Below are positions 6,596 to 15,081 of a stretch of 25,250 nucleotides of DNA, piece after piece. How positions within the stretch are numbered: position 1 is the first letter of the stretch; each line of letters begins with the position of its first letter. The translations under genes and the position numbers were made by a program. The DNA is from Candidatus Xenobia bacterium. Its GTDB lineage: Bacteria > Vulcanimicrobiota > Xenobia > Xenobiales > QWHO01. Under the pieces are notes generated by a model. The model did no database searches, was not told the origin of the DNA, and saw only the letters and a list, made by a program, of their open reading frames with translations. Location of the stretch: the NCBI GenBank assembly GCA_045863235.1, contig BTUM01000104.1, positions 1 through 25,250 on the forward strand, written 5' to 3'.

Positions 6596-9181
6596 ATGCA
6601 GATCATTCCGACCATTGCTCCCAATGGCTTACCCTTTCGCCCCCTGCCGGCGTCCGAGGAAGCTCCCGCCCTCCCCCGCGACCAGTTTGCCCCCGGCCGC
6701 AGCCTCGAGCCGCGGCCCCAGCCGCCTCCCGACCGGGCCCGCCAGGCGCTCCCCGAGATCCTCCGCCTCGAGCGGCAGATCGAGCGGGGCGAGCTCGGGG
6801 GCGAGGCCTACCAGCAGGCCGCCCGGCGAATCGCCGAGTGGTCCGCCGCGGGCCAGGATCCGGTCCTCTCGCGGGTGGCTTCCCTGGCTCTTCGTCGCTT
6901 CTTTCAGTGGCCCGACAGGGTGTTGGACGACCAGCTCAAGCGCGGCGTTCGCCAGGCCGGGGAGGAGCGGTGCCGGCAACTCGGGCGCGGAAAGCAGCCT
7001 TCTCAGGACGACCTGAGGGCCATCCTGGACGCGACCCGGACCGAGAGGGCCAGCCCGGCGATGGTGCGAGAGCTGCTCTTTGCCACCCATCAGCTCTACG
7101 CCCAGTCCGAGCACCCTCTGGCCGACCTTGCCCTGAGCGTGCTCCGGGCCTGGCTGCGACGGGGCGACTTCCGCGTGCTTGACGGGCAAGAAGACGATCT
7201 GGCTCGGACCGTGCGCGAGCGTGCCCCGCTGGTCGACCGGCACGGCACCGTGCGTCTCAGACCTCTTCCGCCCCCTCCCCGGCCTTCTCCCGAGGCCGCT
7301 CGCAGGATGGACAGCTTGCTCCGAGAGCGCGACTACGTCGCCAGCTTCGACGCCCTGGCGGCCGAGCACCCAACGCTCGCGGCCGAGGTCGCCGCCGCTC
7401 TGGCGGACCAGACCGACCGCGCAGCCATGCGCGTGATGGGCGGCATTCTTTCCCGGGGAACCGCCGCTGCCGCCGAGCACTTCAAGGCGCATCGCTCGCG
7501 GCTGGCGCGCACCACCGAGCGCCTGGAAGAGGCCCACGACCTGGGCTGGAACTCCTCCAGCTGGGACCACATCTCCGCCCTCTACCGAGGTCTCGTGGAG
7601 CGCTTTCCCGAGCTTGTGACCCCCGAGCTTCTGGGCTACCAGTTGCTCCCCCTGGTGACCCGTCACATCAACTGCGAGCGCGAGTCGAGCCAGATCCTGG
7701 CCGAGCGGATGACTCCCGAGGGCGCTCCTCTGGTCATGGCGCAGATGCTGCGAGAAATCACCAGCGGCAGGGTCCTCGGCGAAGACCATTGGAAGGTGGT
7801 GCACGCCTGCATCGACCGGGGCTGGAAGTGCGGTCCCGTCGAACGCGAGTGGCTGGCCAGCCTGGGCTACCTTCCCCTCTCATACCAGGTCCTCCACTCC
7901 CACGCGGGGTTCGTCGGAGCCGCGGTCGCTCTCTTCAAGCTGGGGGCCCTCGATCAGGTGGAGCTGCCCGGACTCGACGGCCGGCCCCGGCCCTTCCGCG
8001 AGGCTTTCCTCGAGCGGCTGCTGCACGACTCCAAGCTGGAGGTCTACCATCTCTACCGCCCTCAGAGTCACGGCCTGGCCCGGCTCTACGACACCATCCT
8101 CACCGATGACCAGGTTGTCGGCATGCTGCTCGATCGCGTGGAGAGAGCCGGGGTCGCGGTGGAGCAGATGGAGCGTCCCGATCAGCTCGCCTACGCCTTG
8201 CTCGGGTCGATCCAGTTGTCAGAGTCCCGGCTTGAGCGCTTCCGCCGGGTGAACGAGAAGGAGCTCTATCGCGACCATTCATCCTACGTTTTCATCGAGA
8301 CGGTGGACACCTTCCGGCAATCCCGCCAGCAGGCGATGCGCGAGATTGTGACCGCCCCCGCCAGCACCCTGGACGAGGTGCTGGAGGCGGCCCGCGAGCA
8401 CCTGCGTTGCGACGCCTTCCGCCGGAGACAGAGCGTCGTGGATCCGGTCGAGGAGCCCTTCGTCGCGCGCGTCCTGGCCTCGGGCCAGCTCGACGCGCAG
8501 GTGAAGCGTCTCTCCGAGGGCTTCCTGACGGCGGCCCGGGACGCCACCTCGCTCGAGGACCTCGACCTCGACCTGCAGGTCGATGCCTGTCTCGCGCTCG
8601 CGCTCGCGGCGGTCCGTCCCGAGCTTCACTTCGACCTCTTGCAGCGCTACGATCAGGCCATCGCAGGCAAGCAGGCGGGCGCTCTGGTCGAGCCCCTGCG
8701 CAACCACGCGGACGAACGGTCGGCCAGCGCGATCGCTCTCCTGGCTCATTGTGGCGACAACCACGCCCTGCGAGGGCGCATCATGCAGGACTCTTGCTCG
8801 GCCGACCCGCGGGTCCTGGACGCCTGGGAGGAGTCCTTGCAGGGCCAGGCAGGGTGGGTGGACGAGGTCCTCAGTTTGGAGGAGGGAAGCGTCCAGGCCT
8901 ACATCTTCGTGGCCTCGGGGAACCACGAAGAGCGCTGGCAAGCCTGGACGAGGCTGTCCGACAGGCTCAGGGAGCATCCGGCCACTCTCGAGGCCGCCCG
9001 CGAGTGGGCGGCTTTCCGGGCCGCCGGCAAGTCGGTCGAGCAAGCCGACCGGCTCGCCCTGGCGCGCTCGGTCCTGGGCGGCCAGGCTCAGGAGCCCCCG
9101 GCTCCGGTCGCGGTGGATGAGCACAAGGTCGTGGTGGGCGGCGTCCGCCTGAAAGTCCGCCAGCGGCTCACTCGACCTTGA
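6596..9181 (+). CDS. Large (~860 aa) alpha-helical hypothetical protein, Pro-rich N-terminus, no recognised domain
   Basis: Long ORF with GC3-rich codon usage. Start placed at ATG 6596 (MQIIPTIAPNG), because the upstream part of the ORF overlaps the HEAT-like gene. The 3' end overlaps the convergent lipoprotein gene by 14 bp. Confidence 0.8.
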   Translation: MQIIPTIAPNGLPFRPLPASEEAPALPRDQFAPGRSLEPRPQPPPDRARQALPEILRLERQIERGELGGEAYQQAARRIAEWSAAGQDPVLSRVASLALRRFFQWPDRVLDDQLKRGVRQAGEERCRQLGRGKQPSQDDLRAILDATRTERASPAMVRELLFATHQLYAQSEHPLADLALSVLRAWLRRGDFRVLDGQEDDLARTVRERAPLVDRHGTVRLRPLPPPPRPSPEAARRMDSLLRERDYVASFDALAAEHPTLAAEVAAALADQTDRAAMRVMGGILSRGTAAAAEHFKAHRSRLARTTERLEEAHDLGWNSSSWDHISALYRGLVERFPELVTPELLGYQLLPLVTRHINCERESSQILAERMTPEGAPLVMAQMLREITSGRVLGEDHWKVVHACIDRGWKCGPVEREWLASLGYLPLSYQVLHSHAGFVGAAVALFKLGALDQVELPGLDGRPRPFREAFLERLLHDSKLEVYHLYRPQSHGLARLYDTILTDDQVVGMLLDRVERAGVAVEQMERPDQLAYALLGSIQLSESRLERFRRVNEKELYRDHSSYVFIETVDTFRQSRQQAMREIVTAPASTLDEVLEAAREHLRCDAFRRRQSVVDPVEEPFVARVLASGQLDAQVKRLSEGFLTAARDATSLEDLDLDLQVDACLALALAAVRPELHFDLLQRYDQAIAGKQAGALVEPLRNHADERSASAIALLAHCGDNHALRGRIMQDSCSADPRVLDAWEESLQGQAGWVDEVLSLEEGSVQAYIFVASGNHEERWQAWTRLSDRLREHPATLEAAREWAAFRAAGKSVEQADRLALARSVLGGQAQEPPAPVAVDEHKVVVGGVRLKVRQRLTRP
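9128..9160 (+). other. C-terminal motif VVVGGVRLKVR (candidate sorting/export tag, copy 2)
   Basis: Follows a Pro-rich linker (QAQEPPAPVAVDEHK). Matches the motif at 257-292. Confidence 0.6.
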
Positions 9182-12100
9182 AGATCAGGGTGGAGGCTGT
9201 TCCCCCGCTCAGATTCTTCACCTCGATGGGGCCGGTCTGGGCATTGGGGGGAACCGTGGTGGTGATTTCTTCGTCGCTCACTACGGTATAACTCAGCTTC
9301 GACACCTGTCCGCCGAAGAGGATTTCCCCGAAGAAACCCGGATTCGAAACCGGGCCCGGGGAACCGGTCAGAGTCGCCGCCAGAAAACCGGTGCCCTGGA
9401 TCGTGATCGGGGTGCCCGGCGCGCCGGAGGTCGGACTGAACGAGGTGACGGTCGGCCCGACCACCCTGAACGGGTTGTTGCTCGAGTTGACGGTGACACC
9501 GCCCGTGCTCACGTTGAGGTTGCCGGTTCCTGCTCCGAATGGAAGCTGGAAAGTGATGGTTGAGCCGTTGGTCGACCGGCTGAACTTGGTGATGTTGGAG
9601 GCGCCCAGATTGATCTGAGTGACCCCGAGCAGGTTCCCCACGGTCGCGGTCAAGGTGATCGTCTCGAAGTAGGGTGAGGTGCTCGGACTTGCGATGAAGG
9701 CGGGAGGAGTCAGGGTGAAGTCCTGGGTGGACACGTCCTGGCCGGCTGGGAACGAAACCGTGACCGGCCCGGTGGTGGCAGTGGCCGGCACGTTGACCTG
9801 CAGGGTCTGCGCGCCCGGCGGTGGAGCCACGTTGACCGGCCCGTTCCCGATCAGGACCTGGGTGGCTCCATCGAAGGTGTTCGCGCCCGTGGCCGTGAGG
9901 GTGACCTGGGTCCCGATCGGGCCCTGGCTCGGAGCGAAGCCGAAAGTCGGCAAGGTAGGCGTGAAGTTCTGGGTGGAGACCGCGTTGATTTTGGGGTAGA
10001 CCACCGTCAGCTTGCCGGCCACCGCTCCGGCTGGAACGTTGACAACCAGCTGCTGGCCGTCGTTGCTGGTGATGGTTGGCTGTGGGGCTCCTGCGAACAG
10101 AACGCTGGTTGCGCCCAGGAAGTTGCCGCTGGTGGCCGTCAGGGTGATGGGAGTGCCCACGAGCCCCGAGGTGGGGGCGAAGTTGAAGGTCGGCGGGTTC
10201 ACCGTGAAAATCGCCCGGGAGGTGCCTGTTCCGGTCGGGTTGGTGACCGAGACGGGACCCGTCGCGTTCGCGTTCGGGGGCACCGAGGCCAGGATGGTGC
10301 GATCGTCCTGGATGCTGAAGGTCCCCTCCGTCAGCGGAGAAGGGGCTGGGGACGGCGCCAGAGTCAGCGGAACCCCGTTGAAGGCCACCTGGGTTGCCGT
10401 CAGAAAGCCCAGCCCGGGGATCGTCACCTGTGTGCCCGGTGGTCCCAGGGCGGGCGAGGGAGCGTGCACGGCAGGCTTGCCATCGAAGATGAAGCTCTGG
10501 CTCGAGCTGCCGCGCCCGAGTGGAGTGACCACCGTGATCAGCCCGGATTCGACATTCGGAGGCAGACTGACCTGGATGGTCGTCCCGTCGGCCGAGGGCT
10601 CAAAGCCCTCCACCGCAACGCCCCCGACCAGGAGCGTGCAACCCTGGAGAAAGTACGTTCCTGAGACCGTCAGGTTGGTGCCGGCGCCGCCGAACGGAGG
10701 GCTGAAGCCCGTCACCGTGGGCGCGCCGATCAGGTTGCCCGGGGGGGTGGGCGTCACGCTCGGGGACGGGAACGGGATGGGCGTCGGAAAGGGCGAGGGG
10801 ACCGGGCTCGCCGGGGGGATGAGGACCGAGCCGGGCACCTTGGGCGGATTGGGCTGAAAGCTCAGGCCCATGGTCAGGTTGCCGGCGCCGCCCACGCCGG
10901 GCGTATAGACCTGGGTAGTTGGTGCCTGCGGGGTGGCAGTGGCAACCGAGCCGTCCGAGACGGCCGAATTGACCAGGGTGAAGCCCGACGGAGCCGATTG
11001 GAGCTGGGTGAACACATTCGCCTGGTCGAGCGTCGCGTTCTGGCTGTTGGTGTTCGGGTCATAGCCGGTGACGGTGAGCAGCGACTGATTCAGCCCCACT
11101 CCGCCGGCCAGGTGCAGGGGAGAGGAACCGGGCAGCGGGCTCGAGCCCAGCGTGAAAGTCTGGCCCGATGGGCTCGGTGATGGGGTTGTGAGCAAAGCTC
11201 CAAAGAACGAAGGCGAGCTGCCGGCCGTGGGGGCGGTGCCTTGAGTCAGGGCTTGAACGGGGATGCTGGGGGCCGAGCGAATCTCCAGGCTCTCCGAGAT
11301 CCAGGACTCCACTCGAACCTGGTAGACGGTTCCCGGATTGAGGCCGGTGACGACCGCCGAAGTCGTCGTGCTCATCGTGGTAATCGGCGGATTGAAGCCG
11401 TCCGAGCAGATCACCTTGTAGGCCCCGGCCGGACCCCCGTCGCCGTCGACGGCTGCATTCCAGCTCACCGAGAGCTGGGTGCTCTGAACGTCGCTGATGG
11501 TGACCCCGGTGGGAGCGTCGAATCGATTGTCGTTCATCACGACCACCTGCATGGCGTCGGACTGGGAGATGTCGAGCAGGGGGCTGATGCGGCCGCTCCG
11601 ATCGCTGAAGGGAAAGCCATAGGCGTCAGACAGGTTGTAGAAGATGGCGGCATAGGGGTTGTACTGACCGTCGTCAGGCGTCGGGCGGCAAAGCGAGAAG
11701 GGCAGCAGCACGGGAAAATTCGCATACCACACGCTGGAGTCGTTGGGTGCCACACGCGAGTTCACATACCCGAACTGGAGCGCGCTGACGAAGTCTCCCA
11801 CGATGGTGGCATAGATGCTGTTCTTGGTAGCCGGCTGCAGGCTCATCGGGGCCGGCACGGCCCATGAGGTCGCGGCCGCGCTGTAGATGTTGAAGTCGAG
11901 CTGGTTGGCCGGGAGCGCCAGGTAGATCGGAAGATTGGCCGGCAGCGGCGTGGGGTTGGTGCTCTGGGGGGCCAGGCCGCTGGGAGCGTTGTCCATCGGC
12001 TGAGTCGGGTACATGAAGACCGTGTAACCGCCCGCTCCGTCCGGAGAGATGGCGGCCGCGTAGTCGTAGGTCGTATTCGGGGTTCCGTAGCCCACTCCGC

Positions 12101-13259
12101 CGCTGCCGCTCAGAGCGATGGGCTTGCCGCTCTTCTGGATCTGGGTCATGTAGCCGCTGAAACTGGTGTAGGGAGCGGCCGAGGTGGCCCCCGGGGCGCC
12201 GGCGACGGTTTGCGGTCCGAGCGCTCTCAGGAAGGTGGTCATCGGCTGGGTCTGGGGATTCCAGCCGGGAGCGGCGACCGGCACCGGAGAAGGGCTCGGG
12301 GAGCCCGAGGGGGTCGAGGAGGGGGAGAGGAAGGTGCTCGGCATGTCGGGGCTCAGACTGTTGAGCTGCTTGAGGATGGTCTTGGAGGAAGCGTAGAACG
12401 TGCGCATGTCCTGGACGCTCCCGTTCTGCAGCGCCCGCAGCTCCAGGGGGATGCCGTAGTAGTCGAGCGAGGTCAGGTCGGCTCCGCCCCCTGTTCCCGA
12501 GCCGGGACGATAGGCGAACTCCATCTTGTCGAGGCGAAAGGGCACCTCGGCGGTGGGGTCGGCATCGCTCGTATAGACGATGGGAGTGCCGTAGGAAACC
12601 CACAGCCGGCCGCCATCCACGTGGGCAACCTCAAAGGTGTAGACGGGCAAGTCGCGGTTCTTGTAAGGGGAATGCCACGTCATGGAGGGGCTCGGGTCGA
12701 CCGTTTTCAGGTTGACGGCCGGGACCGTCTGGCCCGAGCCAATCTGCCGGGTGGCCATGCCCGAGTTGCCCGAGAGCACCACCTGGGTGCCGGTCAAGAT
12801 CACGTACACCTCAGTGTCCGGGATGTCGCTGTCATTGACCAGTCGGACTTCCAGCGTGGGATTACCCGCCAGGGCCGTGACCTCGAGGGTCTGGCCGGCA
12901 ACCAGGCTCACGGGGACCTTGGCCCGGGCGTGGAGGTTGCCCTGGCTGTCGCGATAGCTGATTCGAAGCTGCTTGACCGAGACCGGAACATTCACGAGGA
13001 GATGAGAGGCAGCGGCCGCGTGGGTCACGGTGCCGTAGACCTGCACCTCGTTCTCATCAAGACCGGCAAAGTCATACAGGGTGGCCGCGTCCACCGCGCG
13101 CATCTGGCTGAAGTCGTGGCGCACCTGCACACTGGTCGACTCGCCCGGCGGGACGTTGGCCTGGCCCATCGGCCCGCTCGCCCCACCCCCCGAGCAGGCC
13201 GACAGCAGGGCGGCCGCGATGCTCAAAATGACGATAGCGAGGACACTGACTCGAATCAT
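9168..13259 (-). CDS. Surface lipoprotein: GH64/thaumatin-like beta-1,3-glucanase domain + FN3 + six IPT/TIG repeats
   Basis: Lipobox LLSA-C; SD GAGGAG. GH64-like motifs GGRLWVSYG, DKMEFAY...ADLTSLDYYGIPL and YNPYAAIF...AYGFPFSD. FN3 (APTGVTISDVQSTQLSVSW...VTGLNPGTVYQVRV). Six IPT/TIG repeats of the type PTVTxFSPxxGxxGTxxTxxG between about 10730 and 9171. Ser/Pro/Thr linkers. Confidence 0.8.
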   Translation of the reverse strand: MIRVSVLAIVILSIAAALLSACSGGGASGPMGQANVPPGESTSVQVRHDFSQMRAVDAATLYDFAGLDENEVQVYGTVTHAAAASHLLVNVPVSVKQLRISYRDSQGNLHARAKVPVSLVAGQTLEVTALAGNPTLEVRLVNDSDIPDTEVYVILTGTQVVLSGNSGMATRQIGSGQTVPAVNLKTVDPSPSMTWHSPYKNRDLPVYTFEVAHVDGGRLWVSYGTPIVYTSDADPTAEVPFRLDKMEFAYRPGSGTGGGADLTSLDYYGIPLELRALQNGSVQDMRTFYASSKTILKQLNSLSPDMPSTFLSPSSTPSGSPSPSPVPVAAPGWNPQTQPMTTFLRALGPQTVAGAPGATSAAPYTSFSGYMTQIQKSGKPIALSGSGGVGYGTPNTTYDYAAAISPDGAGGYTVFMYPTQPMDNAPSGLAPQSTNPTPLPANLPIYLALPANQLDFNIYSAAATSWAVPAPMSLQPATKNSIYATIVGDFVSALQFGYVNSRVAPNDSSVWYANFPVLLPFSLCRPTPDDGQYNPYAAIFYNLSDAYGFPFSDRSGRISPLLDISQSDAMQVVVMNDNRFDAPTGVTISDVQSTQLSVSWNAAVDGDGGPAGAYKVICSDGFNPPITTMSTTTSAVVTGLNPGTVYQVRVESWISESLEIRSAPSIPVQALTQGTAPTAGSSPSFFGALLTTPSPSPSGQTFTLGSSPLPGSSPLHLAGGVGLNQSLLTVTGYDPNTNSQNATLDQANVFTQLQSAPSGFTLVNSAVSDGSVATATPQAPTTQVYTPGVGGAGNLTMGLSFQPNPPKVPGSVLIPPASPVPSPFPTPIPFPSPSVTPTPPGNLIGAPTVTGFSPPFGGAGTNLTVSGTYFLQGCTLLVGGVAVEGFEPSADGTTIQVSLPPNVESGLITVVTPLGRGSSSQSFIFDGKPAVHAPSPALGPPGTQVTIPGLGFLTATQVAFNGVPLTLAPSPAPSPLTEGTFSIQDDRTILASVPPNANATGPVSVTNPTGTGTSRAIFTVNPPTFNFAPTSGLVGTPITLTATSGNFLGATSVLFAGAPQPTITSNDGQQLVVNVPAGAVAGKLTVVYPKINAVSTQNFTPTLPTFGFAPSQGPIGTQVTLTATGANTFDGATQVLIGNGPVNVAPPPGAQTLQVNVPATATTGPVTVSFPAGQDVSTQDFTLTPPAFIASPSTSPYFETITLTATVGNLLGVTQINLGASNITKFSRSTNGSTITFQLPFGAGTGNLNVSTGGVTVNSSNNPFRVVGPTVTSFSPTSGAPGTPITIQGTGFLAATLTGSPGPVSNPGFFGEILFGGQVSKLSYTVVSDEEITTTVPPNAQTGPIEVKNLSGGTASTLIFKVE

Positions 13260-13391
13260 GGGGGCTCCTCAGCGAATTTGATGGGTCGTTCGACCCGGAC
13301 GTCTCTTTCCTCCTGACGACACGAAGGTCGCACTCGTTCCCTCCAGCGCAGTCTCCCAGGAACGGTCCCTCACGCCTCGTAGGAAACTCGC

Positions 13392-15035
13392 ATGAAGGCA
13401 AAGAGCACCGGAGCGCTCACCCCCGAGGCGCATCAGCGCCAGGACAGCCTGTATCAATCCAATCCAAAGTATGACGTCGTGATCGTGGGCACGGGCATGG
13501 CCGCCATCAGCGTCGCTGCCCTGCTCGCCAAAGCCGGGTGGCGGGTGTGCATGCTCGAGGCTCACGACCTTCCAGGCGGCTACGTCCACTCGTTTCGCAT
13601 GGGCGACTTCCATTTCTGCGCCCAGATTCACTACATCTGGGGCTGCGGACCCGGCGAGAAAGTGACCCGGCTGCTCGAGAAGCTCGGGCTCAGCCAGGAC
13701 ATCCTCTTTGAGAAGCTCGACCCGGACGGCTACGATCACGTCATCTTACCCGACCGAAAGCGCGTGGCCATCCCCTGTGGCTATGACCGGTTGGCCGCCA
13801 ACATCGAAGCCGCCTACCCGGGCCAGGGCGAGAGCGTGCGTCGGTTCACCCGCATCCTCGACCGCCTGAGCGTCGAGGTGGCCCAACTGCCCGACACCAT
13901 CCGCTGGTGGCACGTTCCCACTCTGGGGTGGCGCTTTCGGACGCTGATCCGCTACCATCGCAAGACCCTGCAGCAGGTCTTCGACGAGTGCGGTCTGAGC
14001 CGGGAGGCCCGGGCCGTGCTGAGCGCCAACTCGGGCGACTACATGTGCCCGCCTCGCGATCTGTCGGTGCTGGCCTACAACGGCCTGTTTTCCGGCTACA
14101 ACCGGGGCGCCTACTACCCCCGGCGCCACTTCAAGTATCTCATCGACCGCCTGATGGAGCTCATCACCTCCCATGAGGGCTGTCACGTCTACTACGAGAC
14201 CGAGGTCACCGGGTTTGAGGTCCGGGGCGACCGCATGGAGGGCGTCGTGACCTCTGACGGCAAGGTCTTTCGAGCCCCCACCATCGTATGCAACGCCGAC
14301 CCGCAGAAGATGTCCGCCCTCATCGGCCGCGAGAAGTTCCCCGGTTCCTGGCGAAAACCGCTCGAGTACGACTACTCCTGGACCGCTCTGACCGTCTACC
14401 TGGGCCTGCGCGGCCTGGACCTGCGCGACTATGGCTTCGGGCGCCACAACACCTGGCACCTGGAGCAGTGGGATCTGAACCAGACCTGGGATGAGGCCAT
14501 GAACCAGGACTGGAGCAAGCCCTGGCTCTTCATGGCCACCCCCACCCTGCACACCCCCGAGGGGGGCACCTGCCCCCCCGACACCCAGATCCTCGAGCTG
14601 GCCACCGGGGCCAGCTACGACTTCTTTCGCCAGCTCCACGACAGCGACTATAAGGCCTACGTGCGCAAGAAGAACGAGGTCCAGAACCGGCTGATCGACC
14701 TGGTGGAGCAGCACCACGTGAGCGATCTGCGCAAGCACATCGTGCTGCACGTGGCCGGCTCGCCCACCACCAACGAGGATTATTGCCGGGCGCCGCGCGG
14801 GCACGCCTACGGCCAGCACCTGACTCCCGCCAACCTCGGGCCCGGCCGATTGCGCTCCAAGACCCCCTGGAGGAACTTCTTCTGGTGCAACGCCGCCAGC
14901 GGCTATCCGGGCGTGAACGGCACCGTGGGGACCGGCATGCAGCTCTACATGCAGCTGACCGGGGACCGCTTCTTCGATCCACGCCAGACCCCCGACACCG
15001 AGACCCTGCTCCGGCACCTGAGGAGCCAGGGCTAG
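13392..15035 (+). CDS. NAD(P)/FAD-dependent oxidoreductase, phytoene desaturase / retinol saturase-like family
   Basis: YDVVIVGTGMAA...LAKAGWRVCMLEAHDLPGGYVHSF, IVCNADP, GSPTTNEDY...PRGHAYG, and C-terminal KTPWRNFF...GYPGVNG. AGGA upstream of the ATG. Confidence 0.85.
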   Translation: MKAKSTGALTPEAHQRQDSLYQSNPKYDVVIVGTGMAAISVAALLAKAGWRVCMLEAHDLPGGYVHSFRMGDFHFCAQIHYIWGCGPGEKVTRLLEKLGLSQDILFEKLDPDGYDHVILPDRKRVAIPCGYDRLAANIEAAYPGQGESVRRFTRILDRLSVEVAQLPDTIRWWHVPTLGWRFRTLIRYHRKTLQQVFDECGLSREARAVLSANSGDYMCPPRDLSVLAYNGLFSGYNRGAYYPRRHFKYLIDRLMELITSHEGCHVYYETEVTGFEVRGDRMEGVVTSDGKVFRAPTIVCNADPQKMSALIGREKFPGSWRKPLEYDYSWTALTVYLGLRGLDLRDYGFGRHNTWHLEQWDLNQTWDEAMNQDWSKPWLFMATPTLHTPEGGTCPPDTQILELATGASYDFFRQLHDSDYKAYVRKKNEVQNRLIDLVEQHHVSDLRKHIVLHVAGSPTTNEDYCRAPRGHAYGQHLTPANLGPGRLRSKTPWRNFFWCNAASGYPGVNGTVGTGMQLYMQLTGDRFFDPRQTPDTETLLRHLRSQG

Positions 15036-15037
15036 GA

Positions 15038-15078
15038 GCGCAGCCGGAAACCCCCTTGACACAGTTTTCCGGCTGCGC
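15038..15078. repeat. 13-bp perfect inverted repeat directly after the oxidoreductase stop (possible terminator or stabilising hairpin)
   Basis: GCGCAGCCGGAAA (15038-15050) pairs with TTTCCGGCTGCGC (15066-15078). The 15-nt loop contains TTGACA. There is no U-tract, so terminator function is not established. Confidence 0.7.
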
Positions 15079-15081
15079 GAC

